Origin: Nitrospirota bacterium
GTDB lineage: Bacteria > Nitrospirota > UBA9217
Direction: 5' to 3'
Length of the DNA: 64,000 bases
Assembly (NCBI GenBank): GCA_963845065.1
Contig: CAWJQQ010000001.1
Location: forward strand, 928,001 to 992,000
Shown: one piece after another, positions 52,792 through 63,177 of the stretch
Position numbering within the stretch: the stretch's first letter is position 1
Layout of the letters: the number at the start of each line of letters is the position of its first letter
Notes under the pieces: model-generated
Told to the model about the DNA's origin: nothing
The model's database searches: none
The model's input: only the letters and a program-made list of their open reading frames with translations
Program-made: the position numbers and the translations under genes

Positions 52792-54177
52792 TCAATTGTT
52801 CTCCGTGACCTCTCGAATGGAAGTGTAAATGATTTGAAGCATGCGATTCAGTTCCTTCAAGGATATTGAAAGCGGCGGCATGATTACGATCACATTGCCA
52901 AGCGGTCGAATGATGAGGCCCCGCTTCATGCACTCAACAATTACTTTAGTACCAATTTTCGTTTCCAAGGGATAGGGTTGCTTCGACATCCTGTTTTTTA
53001 CCAGCTCGATGCCGACCATGAGACCTTTCTGCCTGATGTCACCTACGTGTTCCAGCGCTTTGAACTGTTTTAGGCCTTTTGAGAATTCGGTTATCTTCGG
53101 CTGAATCTTCGAGAGGATATTCTCCTTTTGATACAGGTCGATGCTGGCTATTGCTGAAGCGCAGGCGAGTGGGTTGCCGGTATAGGTATGGCCATGGAAA
53201 AAGGTCTTGAACTCCGAGTAATCGCCTAGGAAGCCCCCGTAGATGTCGTCGGTTGTGAGCGTGGCCGCAAGCGGAAGGTATCCACCGGTGATACCTTTTG
53301 CTAAGCACAGGATATCCGGTGATACTCGTTCATGTTCACACGCGAACATTTTCCCCGTTCGACCGAAACCGGTTGCGACCTCATCGGCGATCATTAATAC
53401 ATTGTATTTCGTGCAAAGTTCCCTGATTTTCCTCAGATAGCCTGGCGGCTGCATCAACATGCCAGCCGCACCCTGTACCAGGGGTTCGATGATCAACGCG
53501 GCGGTTACAGAGGAATATTTCTGGATCGTTTTTTCGGCGTACACAAAACAGGTGTTCTGGCATTCCGGGTGGTTCAGCCCATACTTGCACCGATAGCAGT
53601 GCGGCGATTCAATCTTATAGGTATGAAAGAGGAGTTGTTTATAAATAGTGTGGAAGAGATTAATGCCTCCCACGCTTACAGACCCTATAGTGTCGCCGTG
53701 ATATGCCTCAGTGAGTGAAATGAACCCCGTCTTTTTTTGATACTGGATGCCCTTCTGTTGCCAGTATTGAAAGGCGATCTTCAGTGCGATCTCCACGGAA
53801 GTGGAACCACTGTCGGAATAAAAAACCTTCGTAAGACCTTTTGGAGCGATCTTAATCAGCTTTTCGGCAAGGCGTACAGCCGGAACATTTGATAGTCCGA
53901 GCATGGTGGAATGGCCGATTTGCTTAAGTTGTGTCAAAACGGCAGTATCAATTTCTTTTTTCCGGTGACCATGAACCGTGACCCAGAGTGAGGATACTCC
54001 GTCGATGTAGCGTTTGCCGTGAATATCGGTGAGCGTGCATCCTTTGCCGCTCTCGATAATAATCTGTTTTTCTTTTTCCCAGTCCTGCATCTGGGTAAAA
54101 GGATGCCAGATATATTTTTTATCGAGTTTTTCCAACTCATGTGCGGCATGTTGTTTTCTCGAGCGTAGACGCGCCAA
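52792..54177 (-). CDS. bioA: Adenosylmethionine-8-amino-7-oxononanoate aminotransferase
   Basis: WHPFTQM, DGVSSLWV, SDSGS, YHGDT, ADEVATGFGRTG, AKGITGGY, HGHTYTGN. Confidence 0.95.
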   Translation of the reverse strand: MARLRSRKQHAAHELEKLDKKYIWHPFTQMQDWEKEKQIIIESGKGCTLTDIHGKRYIDGVSSLWVTVHGHRKKEIDTAVLTQLKQIGHSTMLGLSNVPAVRLAEKLIKIAPKGLTKVFYSDSGSTSVEIALKIAFQYWQQKGIQYQKKTGFISLTEAYHGDTIGSVSVGGINLFHTIYKQLLFHTYKIESPHCYRCKYGLNHPECQNTCFVYAEKTIQKYSSVTAALIIEPLVQGAAGMLMQPPGYLRKIRELCTKYNVLMIADEVATGFGRTGKMFACEHERVSPDILCLAKGITGGYLPLAATLTTDDIYGGFLGDYSEFKTFFHGHTYTGNPLACASAIASIDLYQKENILSKIQPKITEFSKGLKQFKALEHVGDIRQKGLMVGIELVKNRMSKQPYPLETKIGTKVIVECMKRGLIIRPLGNVIVIMPPLSISLKELNRMLQIIYTSIREVTENN

Positions 54178-54376
54178 AGTAGGATTATCCTCTTTTTTTC
54201 AGTTTGGATAAAATCTGCCCGATATTATAGTTAGTACGCTATTTTTGTCAATAATAAAAAGGGCTTGAAAACTCTCACTTCTTTCTGGTAAGATAGCTAC
54301 TCGGGAAGAATGCATTCTAATCCATGCCGTGCCAAAATCGTTTGCCCCCAACCAAGCTGGAGGTTAGTTCGTAATT

Positions 54377-55879
54377 ATGCCTAATAAGAGGAAATACTTT
54401 CTATCAGCTGCATTTATACTTGTTCTTGGCGTGTTTGTAGGACTTATTTTGTCATCTCATATTGGTATCATGTCTTCGCTGCCTGCCAAGAGCCAGTTAT
54501 CACCTAAATCGGTAGACATCCTGACACGGCTAAGCGACGCACAGTCTGAGGTCGCAGCCATGGCAACACCGTCGGTGGTGAATATCTCGACGACCAGGGT
54601 GATTAAATCGCGGGAAGAGGCGCCATTCGATCTTTTCGACGACCCGTTCTTCAAGAGGTTTTTTGGTGACCAGTTCCCTCACCCCAATGTTCCAAAGGAA
54701 CACAAAGAGCAAAGCCTGGGGTCGGGTGTGATCGTATCTGAAGACGGTTATATCATCACGAACAACCATGTGATAGAAAAGGCACAGGAGATAAAAGTGC
54801 TTCTCTCGAATAAGAAGGATTATAACGCCAAACTTGTAGGCGCTGACCCGAAGACCGATATCGCCGTAATCAAAATCGACGGCAAAGGTTTGCCGGCGCT
54901 GCCTTGGGGCGATTCCAATAAATTGAAGGTGGGCGAGATCGTGTTCGCGATCGGGAACCCCTTCGGGCTTAATCAGACAGTAACGATGGGGATAATAAGC
55001 GCTGTCGGACGGGCCAATGTGGGTATTGCTGATTACGAGGACTTCATCCAAACCGACGCGGCCATCAACCCTGGAAATTCCGGCGGAGCTCTTATCAACG
55101 CGCGAGGTGAACTGATCGGCATCAATACCGCAATCCTGTCTCGGACTGGCGGTTATCAGGGCATTGGGTTCGCCGTGCCGAGTAGTATGGCGCGGCAGGT
55201 TATGGACAGTCTTGAAAAATACAAAAAAGTTGTGCGCGGATGGCTTGGTGTCAGTATCCAGGAGGTCACGTCCGATCTCGCCGAGGAGTTCGGCGTCAAG
55301 GACTTGAAAGGCGCGCTCGTGAGTGGTGTGATGAAGGGAAGTCCAGCGGAAAAGGCGGGAATTAAACAGGGAGACGTGATCCTTCAGTACAACGGCAAGG
55401 ACGTCGAGGACACTGGACATCTGAGGAATATGGTTTCTGAGACGCCAATCGGCACTGTTGTAAAAGTCAAGGTTCTCCGTCAAAAGAATGAAATAGAACT
55501 GGACGTCGTCGTTACTGAATTGCCGAAAAAGATGGCTGAAGAATCGGCCGAGGATGAAGAGCTGGGCAACGCCACGAATCAAGAAGAAAGTACGGCCTTG
55601 GCCGGGCTGGTTGTTCGTCAGCTGACGCCGGATCTCGCGCAACGATTCGGTTATGATGAAAATGAAAAGGGTGTCGTGGTTGTCAGGGTTGAAGCTGGCA
55701 GCAAAATCGATGAAGCAGGGATCAAAACGGGAGATCTCATTCTCCAAATAAACCAGAAAAAAGTCGCAACGATAGAAGAATATAAAAAAACGTCATCAAA
55801 AATCAATGCAAAAGAAAGAATACTGCTTCTCATAAGCAGGATGGGACAAGACCTGTTCGTAACCGTCAGGCCTGAATAA
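54377..55879 (+). CDS. HtrA/DegP (Do family) serine protease with two PDZ domains
   Basis: TNNHV, DIAV, QTDAAINPGNSGG, RGWLGV. Confidence 0.95.
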   Translation: MPNKRKYFLSAAFILVLGVFVGLILSSHIGIMSSLPAKSQLSPKSVDILTRLSDAQSEVAAMATPSVVNISTTRVIKSREEAPFDLFDDPFFKRFFGDQFPHPNVPKEHKEQSLGSGVIVSEDGYIITNNHVIEKAQEIKVLLSNKKDYNAKLVGADPKTDIAVIKIDGKGLPALPWGDSNKLKVGEIVFAIGNPFGLNQTVTMGIISAVGRANVGIADYEDFIQTDAAINPGNSGGALINARGELIGINTAILSRTGGYQGIGFAVPSSMARQVMDSLEKYKKVVRGWLGVSIQEVTSDLAEEFGVKDLKGALVSGVMKGSPAEKAGIKQGDVILQYNGKDVEDTGHLRNMVSETPIGTVVKVKVLRQKNEIELDVVVTELPKKMAEESAEDEELGNATNQEESTALAGLVVRQLTPDLAQRFGYDENEKGVVVVRVEAGSKIDEAGIKTGDLILQINQKKVATIEEYKKTSSKINAKERILLLISRMGQDLFVTVRPE

Positions 55880-55963
55880 CTCGAATTCCTTTCGCCGGAG
55901 TTGTTCCCTCAATCAACTGGTTAGTAATCCATAACATCCTATTAATTTCAGGCAGAAAAGGAG

Positions 55964-56992
55964 GTGAGAACGATGGGACGTATACTTATTCGCATTCTAT
56001 TTGTTTTTTTGAGTACCCTGCTCGGGTACTATGTGGCTACGCAGCTTTATGATCAGGTCGGTAGGATCGAAGGCATGGTGGTAGGTTTCAGTGTAGCGGT
56101 ATTGATTATCCTTACCGAATTTTTGTTCAGACGTGTCTCATTAAAGGTTATCATCGGTGGCATTCTCGGATTTATCATCGGGCTGACATCCGCGAACATT
56201 ATTGCAGCCCCCCTCAAGCTCGTACCACTAGAAAGGAGCATTGTAAATTTTATCCTGCTCCTTATGAACGGTTTTTTTGGGTATATCGGCATTATGATTG
56301 GTATTCGGGAAGGTGAACGGTTTAATCCCGCCAACATCAAAAAGCTCTTTAAAAGCGGCGGCGAAGAGAATATTAAAATCATGGATACGAGTGTGATCAT
56401 TGACGGTCGGATTGCCGACGTGTGTGAGACAGAGTTTCTAGACGGTACCATCATTATTCCTCAGTTTATTTTGCACGAGCTTCAGCATATTGCTGATTCT
56501 TCGGATTCGCTAAAGCGGGCACGCGGCAGAAGGGGACTTGATATTCTTCACCGTATCCAAAAAATGAGCCACATGGAAGTCCGTATCGTCGAAGAGGACT
56601 TTCCCAAGATACGTGAGGTCGACAGTAAACTGATCGCACTGGCAAAAAAACTTGGTGCAAAAGTCATTACCAATGATTTTAACTTGAACAAGGTTGCGGA
56701 ACTTCAAGGTGTGAAGGTGCTGAATATCAACGATCTCTCGAACGCCGTGAAGCCGATTGCCCTTCCCGGAGAGAGCATGCGCGTCTTCGTATTAAAAGAA
56801 GGCAAAGAACAGGGCCAGGGAGTTGCTTATCTTGATGATGGTACGATGATCGTGGTTGAGAATGGGCGAAAGTATCTAAGCAAGAATGTAGATGTAGCAG
56901 TCACCAGTGTGCTCCAGACTGCGGCAGGCAGGATGATTTTCACAAAGCTGAGGGAAGACATGGAGCAAGATTTACAGACTGCGGAACGTTAA
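55964..56992 (+). CDS. Membrane PIN/TRAM domain protein (YacL-like)
   Basis: Four TM helices; DTSVIIDGRI, RGRRGLDIL, TNDFNLNK, AYLDDGTM, VLQTAAGRMIF. Confidence 0.92.
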   Translation: MRTMGRILIRILFVFLSTLLGYYVATQLYDQVGRIEGMVVGFSVAVLIILTEFLFRRVSLKVIIGGILGFIIGLTSANIIAAPLKLVPLERSIVNFILLLMNGFFGYIGIMIGIREGERFNPANIKKLFKSGGEENIKIMDTSVIIDGRIADVCETEFLDGTIIIPQFILHELQHIADSSDSLKRARGRRGLDILHRIQKMSHMEVRIVEEDFPKIREVDSKLIALAKKLGAKVITNDFNLNKVAELQGVKVLNINDLSNAVKPIALPGESMRVFVLKEGKEQGQGVAYLDDGTMIVVENGRKYLSKNVDVAVTSVLQTAAGRMIFTKLREDMEQDLQTAER

Positions 56993-57102
56993 TCATGCCA
57001 GGAGACAGACACAATAGACGGTAGTAAGGAATGAATTAATGGCTGTCCAGATTTTCCTAGATTACAAGATATTGTAAAGTATTTTCTATTTCAGGAGGCT
57101 CA

Positions 57103-57846
57103 ATGTCAGGCCATTCAAAATGGGCAACGACGAAACACAAGAAAGCTGCTACTGATGCGAAGCGGGGGAAAATATTTACCAAACTTGCTAAAGAGATAAC
57201 GGTTGCGGCCAAGCTAGGAGGCGGTGACCCGAATGGGAACCCTCGCCTCAGGACCGCGGTCGCCAAGGCAAAGGGAGTGAGCCTGCCAGCAGAAAATATT
57301 AAGCGTGCGATCCAGAAAGGGACGGGCGAACTGCCAGGAGTTTCCTACGAAGAGGTCATGTATGAAGGATATGGTCCGGCAGGAGTAGCGGTCATTGTCG
57401 ATGTCATGACCGACAACAGGAACAGGACGGTATCGGAGATCCGGAATATTTTTAGCAAAGCCGGCGGAAATATGGGAGAGGCCGGTTGTGTAGCCTGGAT
57501 GTTCCACAAAAAAGGATATCTAGTTATCAATCGTTCCAAGGTTGATGAAGACAAGCTCATGACACTCGCCCTCGAAGCAGGAGCCGAAGACATGCAAACC
57601 GAGGAGGAAAATTACGTTGTCACGACACCTCCGCACGATTTTGAAAATGTGAAAAAAGTACTCGAGGATGCTGGCGTTGCTCCAGACGTAGCTGAGATAA
57701 CGATGATTCCACAAACCTACGTAAAACTTGATAACAAAGAAGCCCAACAGATGCTGCGTCTCGTTGAAACGCTTGAGGACAACGATGACGTACAAAACGT
57801 TTATGCTAACTTCGATATTCCCGAGGAAATCATGAATGCTGTGTAG
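57103..57846 (+). CDS. YebC/PmpR family protein
   Basis: [29 protein letters not shown]. Confidence 0.96.
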   Translation: MSGHSKWATTKHKKAATDAKRGKIFTKLAKEITVAAKLGGGDPNGNPRLRTAVAKAKGVSLPAENIKRAIQKGTGELPGVSYEEVMYEGYGPAGVAVIVDVMTDNRNRTVSEIRNIFSKAGGNMGEAGCVAWMFHKKGYLVINRSKVDEDKLMTLALEAGAEDMQTEEENYVVTTPPHDFENVKKVLEDAGVAPDVAEITMIPQTYVKLDNKEAQQMLRLVETLEDNDDVQNVYANFDIPEEIMNAV

Positions 57847-57987
57847 TTTGCTGGCAAGGAATGCCGAAACGGATAGTGGCAGTTTAATTTGGGGAAATGA
57901 ATGTAGTTTTCTCCCATTCTGTATTTTTCAATAACCAATCTTCAAGCTTCAATTATTCAATGTATTCAGTTCTACTAAGGGGGGCTC

Positions 57988-58563
57988 ATGAGAGTGTTAG
58001 GAATAGACCCGGGAACGTTGACCAGCGGTTATGGAATCGTGGCGGAAGAAGATCACAAACTTTTTCATGTTGTTTCGGGGGGTATCAGTCCCTCGGCAAA
58101 ACAGCCATTCCCGAAACGGCTTAAAAAAATCTATGAAGAGCTCGAAAAGATTATCGACAAGTATCGACCAAATGTTATTGTTGTCGAAGACCTATTTGTT
58201 TCGAAAAATATAAAATCGGCACTCAAACTTGGGCACGCGCGGGGCGTCGCAATTCTCGCAGCTATGAATGCCGGATTGCCGGTTTTCGAATATGCTCCGT
58301 TGGAAGTGAAGCAGGCGGTCGTTGGCCACGGTAAAGCTGAAAAGAAGCAGGTGCAGCTCATGGTCAAGGCCCTGCTTGATCTTCCCAAAGTGCCTCATCC
58401 AGCCGATGCCGCCGATGCGCTCGCCGCGGCGATCTGTCACATTCATTCTTCCAGGCTCCGGGAAACACTCAAGAATTCTGCATCATTGAAACAAACGGGC
58501 AGAGGGGGTAGTGCGCTGAGGCGGCGTACGAACAACCGAACCATCCCATCGGGGCAGCGGTAG
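57988..58563 (+). CDS. ruvC: Holliday junction resolvase RuvC
   Basis: LGIDPG, LGHARG, G.AEKKQV, DAADALA. Confidence 0.96.
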   Translation: MRVLGIDPGTLTSGYGIVAEEDHKLFHVVSGGISPSAKQPFPKRLKKIYEELEKIIDKYRPNVIVVEDLFVSKNIKSALKLGHARGVAILAAMNAGLPVFEYAPLEVKQAVVGHGKAEKKQVQLMVKALLDLPKVPHPADAADALAAAICHIHSSRLRETLKNSASLKQTGRGGSALRRRTNNRTIPSGQR

Positions 58564-58572
58564 GCTAATAGA

Positions 58573-59172
58573 ATGATAGCTTCTCTCACGGGCAGACTAA
58601 GACGCAAAGCGAACGATTATCTGATTGTCGATGTTGCCGGAGTCGGCTATCAAGTGCAGGTTCCGCTTTCAACCTACTGTCGCATTCCCGAAGTCGGCGA
58701 CGAAATAAGCCTGAATATCCATACGTACGTCCGCGAAGATTCACTGTCCCTGTTCGGTTTTTTGGAACAATCCGAAAAAGAGATGTTTCTTCTTCTTATG
58801 GGCGTATCCGGTATTGGTCCCAAGCTCGCCCTTTCAGTGTTGTCCTGCTTATCAGTTGACGATCTTTGCTCTGCTATCTATTCTTCCGACGATTCAAAGT
58901 TGTGCACGATTTCTGGCATTGGTAGGAAAACGGCAGCACGAATGGTCCTCGAATTAAAGGACAAAGTAAAACTTCTGGCCATGGACCGACCAAAGATGGG
59001 TATGATGCCCGTAGGGGCAGATGATGTGGAAGATGCCATTTCCGCTCTTGTGAACCTTGGATATAAAAAGCCTCTCGCGGAAGACGTGTTAAAAAAAATC
59101 AAGCAAAAAAAGCCGGGTTCCGTAATCGAAGATCTTATCCGGGAAGCATTGAGCGTTTTGATGAAAAAGTGA
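58573..59172 (+). CDS. ruvA: Holliday junction DNA helicase RuvA
   Basis: GVGY, VRED..LFGF, VSGIGPK, GIGRKTA, ALVNLGY. Confidence 0.96.
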   Translation: MIASLTGRLRRKANDYLIVDVAGVGYQVQVPLSTYCRIPEVGDEISLNIHTYVREDSLSLFGFLEQSEKEMFLLLMGVSGIGPKLALSVLSCLSVDDLCSAIYSSDDSKLCTISGIGRKTAARMVLELKDKVKLLAMDRPKMGMMPVGADDVEDAISALVNLGYKKPLAEDVLKKIKQKKPGSVIEDLIREALSVLMKK

Positions 59173-59239
59173 TCTCATCAAAAGCAGTTGGTTCAGTTCT
59201 ATTTCCTGACTGCGCTTCAGTATAAGGGAGAAGTAATAG

Positions 59240-60259
59240 GTGGCTGAGAGAATCATAGAGCCCGAACAAAATGAAGAAGATGTGCAGCTTGATAGAAGCC
59301 TGAGACCGCTCCGATTCGAAGACTTCGTTGGCCAAGATCGAATCAAGGAGAATCTCCACATATTCATTGAAGCCGCAAAGGGGCGGGGTGAGGCACTTGA
59401 CCATGTCCTTTTCTGCGGACCGCCAGGCCTCGGCAAAACGACACTGGCTAATATCATCGCACATGAGATGGGCGTGAGTATCAGGTCGACTTCCGGACCT
59501 GTACTAGAGCGTGCCGGCGACCTGGCAGCAATTCTGACCAACCTTGAAGACCACGATGTCCTTTTCATCGACGAGATTCACCGCCTGAATCATGTTGTGG
59601 AGGAGATTCTCTACCCGGCAATGGAGGATTTCCAGCTTGACATCATTGTCGGTCAGGGCCCGGGGGCGCGTTCCATTAAGCTCGAGTTGCCACGCTTCAC
59701 GCTTGTAGGTGCCACTACGAGGACTGGTCTCCTCACCTCTCCACTCCGCGATCGCTTCGGTGTGATCGACCGACTCAGTTTTTATGACTCTGATGAACTC
59801 ACGAGCATTGTAAGGCGCTCAGCTGGTCTCTTTCAGACGACAATTGATGATTCGGCGGCTGCAGAAATAGCTCGGCGCTCGAGGGGAACTCCTCGTGTTG
59901 CTAACCGGCTTCTCCGCAGGGTACGAGATTTTGCCCAGGTCGAAGGAGACGGGACTATCACTCTGAATCTCGTCGTCAGCTCCATGAAACGGCTGGAGGT
60001 TGATGAAAAAGGGTTCGATCATATGGATCGCAAACTTCTCCTCACCATCATAGACAAATTTGAGGGTGGGCCGGTGGGGCTTGATACTTTGGCGGCTGCC
60101 CTTAATGAAGAAAAGGACACGCTTGAAGACGTTTATGAACCGTTCTTGATCCAGGAAGGCTTTCTTGACAGGACCCCACGAGGCAGGCAGGCCACACGCC
60201 TCTCTTATGAATATTTCGGTAAAGAAAGACCCTCATCAGCCCAGGAGAAGCTCCTGTAA
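59240..60259 (+). CDS. ruvB: Holliday junction DNA helicase RuvB
   Basis: [38 protein letters not shown]. Confidence 0.98.
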   Translation: MAERIIEPEQNEEDVQLDRSLRPLRFEDFVGQDRIKENLHIFIEAAKGRGEALDHVLFCGPPGLGKTTLANIIAHEMGVSIRSTSGPVLERAGDLAAILTNLEDHDVLFIDEIHRLNHVVEEILYPAMEDFQLDIIVGQGPGARSIKLELPRFTLVGATTRTGLLTSPLRDRFGVIDRLSFYDSDELTSIVRRSAGLFQTTIDDSAAAEIARRSRGTPRVANRLLRRVRDFAQVEGDGTITLNLVVSSMKRLEVDEKGFDHMDRKLLLTIIDKFEGGPVGLDTLAAALNEEKDTLEDVYEPFLIQEGFLDRTPRGRQATRLSYEYFGKERPSSAQEKLL

Positions 60260-60414
60260 ATCATCGGAAGGTTTCCGTAGCACCGGTCCCGTCATCATTA
60301 TTTTTAAACCGCGGGCTGCGTCAATCGTCTGCGTCCAGCTTTAGCCATTAACCAGCTAAGCGAGTACTGAGAAACAAAACAAAGAATACACTGGTCCTCT
60401 TGGGGAATTATATC

Positions 60415-60957
60415 GTGGAGATACTTTTTCATATATGCTGTGCACCTTGCGCTCTCTATCCCTATTACCGGCTGAAGGAAGAAGGGTACGACCCTACTGG
60501 GTATTTTTATAATCCCAATATCCACCCCTATCAAGAGTACAAAAAAAGACTTGATACTGTCAAAGATTTTTCAGGACGCGTAGGGCTCGAAGTCGTTTAC
60601 CGAGACGGATATGATCTCGATCAATTTCTTCTGCGTGTTGCTGGGAAGGGCGCCTTGAGGTGCGAACATTGTTATAGGATGAGACTCGATGCAGCGGGAG
60701 CAGCAGCAAAAGAAAAGGGTTTCCGCTTATTTACGACATCTCTCTTATACAGTAAGTATCAGAAACACGAATTGATTGTGGGCGTCGGGAGGGAAATGGC
60801 TTCAACCTACGGGCTCGAGTTTTATTATGAGGACTTTCGCAAGGGGTGGCGTGAAGGCATTGTGGAATCCAAAGCAATGGGGCTCTATCGGCAGCAGTAC
60901 TGCGGTTGCATATACAGCGAGCAGGATCGGTATCGTAAAAATCTGGACCTATCGTGA
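60415..60957 (+). CDS. queH: Epoxyqueuosine reductase QueH (DUF208)
   Basis: HICCAPC, FYNPNIHP..EY, RCEHCY, YRQQYCGCIYS. Confidence 0.9.
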   Translation: MEILFHICCAPCALYPYYRLKEEGYDPTGYFYNPNIHPYQEYKKRLDTVKDFSGRVGLEVVYRDGYDLDQFLLRVAGKGALRCEHCYRMRLDAAGAAAKEKGFRLFTTSLLYSKYQKHELIVGVGREMASTYGLEFYYEDFRKGWREGIVESKAMGLYRQQYCGCIYSEQDRYRKNLDLS

Positions 60958-60985
60958 GGTCTACTAGGGGACATTTCTCGCCAGT

Positions 60986-62062
60986 ATGCGTGTAATAATT
61001 GTTTTTTTCACTATCAGCCTGTTTAGTATTCCTGCTGTAACGCTTGGGTCTGAAACTATCCGCGTTGCCATAGCTGACAATCAGAAAAAGGTATCACTCC
61101 AGTCATCATCGGGACTGATCTCCGCTGGTCAATCAACAAGCCACGGTAAAACAAAGGTACTCTACAGCACGATTTCATTCGGCACGCGTCCTGTGCGCTT
61201 GAGGTCCGCTGGCGTGGTAATCCAGGTGAACGGCAAAGGATACCGTGGTTGGGTGGAAATCAGAAAAAAGAAAAACGGTCTGCTTCTTGTCGTGAATGAA
61301 CTGGATATCGAGGAGTACCTAAAGGGCGTAGTGGCTGCCGAGATACCGCCGGATTGGAAATTCGAAGCGCTGAAGGCCCAGGCAGTAGCATCACGTACGT
61401 ATGCTCTCTACCAAAAACAGTCAGCTGGCAACAAGCTGTATCACATTCTGGCCACTGTAGACAGCCAGGTTTATTCTGGGAATAGAGTAGAGCGTCCGCA
61501 AACGGTTCGTGCTGTTAGAGAGACGAGAGGCATTGTCATAACGTATCAGGGCAAGATCATCCCCGCGTTCTATCATTCGAGTTGCGGTGGACACACAGAA
61601 AATGCAGCTGAACTTTGGGGGATCGACGAACCGTACCTCAAAGGTGTGGATTGCGATTGTCAGGAAATATCGAAATATGGACAATGGGAGAAACGGGTGC
61701 CTCTTTCTCAGGTGATCGGCGCACTCAGGAAACAGGGATACCGGCTGCATGACATTCTTGATATGAGCATAGGAGACATCACTCCTGCCGGTCGTGTTAA
61801 GACAGTTACCATACTGCATAGTGGCGGCAAACTTGTGGTTCCTGCGGAAGATCTGAGAGCTACCCTTGGAAATACTCTGATTCCAAGTGTTTTTTTTGAG
61901 CTGGAGCTTTCCGAAAAGGAGGCTGTTTTTTCCGGAAGGGGAAAGGGACATGGCGTAGGCTTGTGCCAATGGGGCGCCGAAGACATGGCGCTCCGGGGAT
62001 ATGACTATAAAGCCATACTGGGCCACTATTATCCTGGCACGAAACTAACTAAAATTGAATAG
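60986..62062 (+). CDS. SpoIID/LytB domain protein
   Basis: EEYLKGVV.AE, ALKAQAVASRTYA, QVY, YHSSCGGHT, GHGVGLCQWGA, HYYPG. Confidence 0.93.
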   Translation: MRVIIVFFTISLFSIPAVTLGSETIRVAIADNQKKVSLQSSSGLISAGQSTSHGKTKVLYSTISFGTRPVRLRSAGVVIQVNGKGYRGWVEIRKKKNGLLLVVNELDIEEYLKGVVAAEIPPDWKFEALKAQAVASRTYALYQKQSAGNKLYHILATVDSQVYSGNRVERPQTVRAVRETRGIVITYQGKIIPAFYHSSCGGHTENAAELWGIDEPYLKGVDCDCQEISKYGQWEKRVPLSQVIGALRKQGYRLHDILDMSIGDITPAGRVKTVTILHSGGKLVVPAEDLRATLGNTLIPSVFFELELSEKEAVFSGRGKGHGVGLCQWGAEDMALRGYDYKAILGHYYPGTKLTKIE

Positions 62063-62134
62063 ACCCGCATAGAGGGAAGACCGGCATATCATTTTTCTTG
62101 ACAGCGAATCATTCTCGACTATACAATATAACAT

Positions 62135-62926
62135 ATGAAAAAATCAAAAAAACAGAATAAGGTAGAGAGAACAACCAAAACGAACGTGACGATCGTCCCC
62201 TCGAACGGTCCATTTGTACTTATTTCCATGGCATTATCTCTCGTTCTTGTAGGCGTTTTTACAGTAGCCACATATGCAAGAAACAGCATCTATCACAGTC
62301 ATGTCACACTTTGGGCCGAAGTGGCCAAAATGTCACCGCATAAGCGGAGAGCCCATGAAAATTATGGTCAAGCGCTATCATCTGAGGGGTATTATAACGA
62401 AGCAGCAAAGCAGTTCAAGATTGTCATGGCACTGCCGGATGATGGCAGTGTTCCTCTTCGCGATTTGTACCGCGAAATCGGAGTCGTCGATTTCAGATTG
62501 GGATTGTTCAATGATGCCATTATCTCATGGGAAACGGGGTTGCGCTATGCGCCGAATGACCCCAGCCTTTTAAATAACCTTTCTATTGTATATATGCAAA
62601 CAGGGCGGTATGACGAAGCAGCGGCTGCTGCACAAACGGCTCTTGCAGGCGATCCATCGATGCCCCAGGCATTGAATACGATGGGGCAGATTTATCTTTT
62701 GAAAAAGGACTACAAAAAAGCAGTCGAGTATTTTCTTAAGGCTGTGGACCGTGAGCCTGACGTTCCGGCTCGGTATTGGAATGTCGCACTGGCCTTTGAA
62801 CAAGCAAAGAGGATCGACAAAGCCTATGAATATGCCCAGAAATATGCTGCCATGGAACCCGACCCTGCAGGAAGGCAGAGGGCATATGCATATATCGAGC
62901 ACCTCAAACAGCTGTTACACGGATAA
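62135..62926 (+). CDS. Membrane-anchored TPR protein
   Basis: One TM helix, TYARN...LW.....SP...RAH.NYG, then TPR repeats. Confidence 0.85.
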   Translation: MKKSKKQNKVERTTKTNVTIVPSNGPFVLISMALSLVLVGVFTVATYARNSIYHSHVTLWAEVAKMSPHKRRAHENYGQALSSEGYYNEAAKQFKIVMALPDDGSVPLRDLYREIGVVDFRLGLFNDAIISWETGLRYAPNDPSLLNNLSIVYMQTGRYDEAAAAAQTALAGDPSMPQALNTMGQIYLLKKDYKKAVEYFLKAVDREPDVPARYWNVALAFEQAKRIDKAYEYAQKYAAMEPDPAGRQRAYAYIEHLKQLLHG

Positions 62927-63177
62927 AAACATTCGTTGAGGTTTTGTTGTGGTTAAAGTGCCGATATCGGGTAATAAATTGACCTGAACAAGTTTTAAGT
63001 GTTGAAAAATCTTTACTTCGTCAACCTCAACAAACGTTTGCCTTTGCGACTGTGAAAACCTGATTTTTTTAAGGTAATCGCTTCCGGCCCCACGTCTCCT
63101 TTCATCCATTCCCTTGCAATTTCAGCCATGATAACATAGAATAAAAGTCAGCGACAGAAGTGCTCACCGCTAATTCT

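Noticed and set aside
54530..55747. 405-aa minus-strand ORF, and similar long antisense ORFs over secD, slt and spoIID
   Set aside because: Antisense shadows of well-supported genes
58450..58563. Basic C-terminal extension of RuvC
   Set aside because: Variable low-complexity tails are common in RuvC; no evidence of a separate domain
62915..63130. Possible frameshifted small gene on the minus strand before xerD
   Set aside because: No recognisable family; cannot be distinguished from random frames
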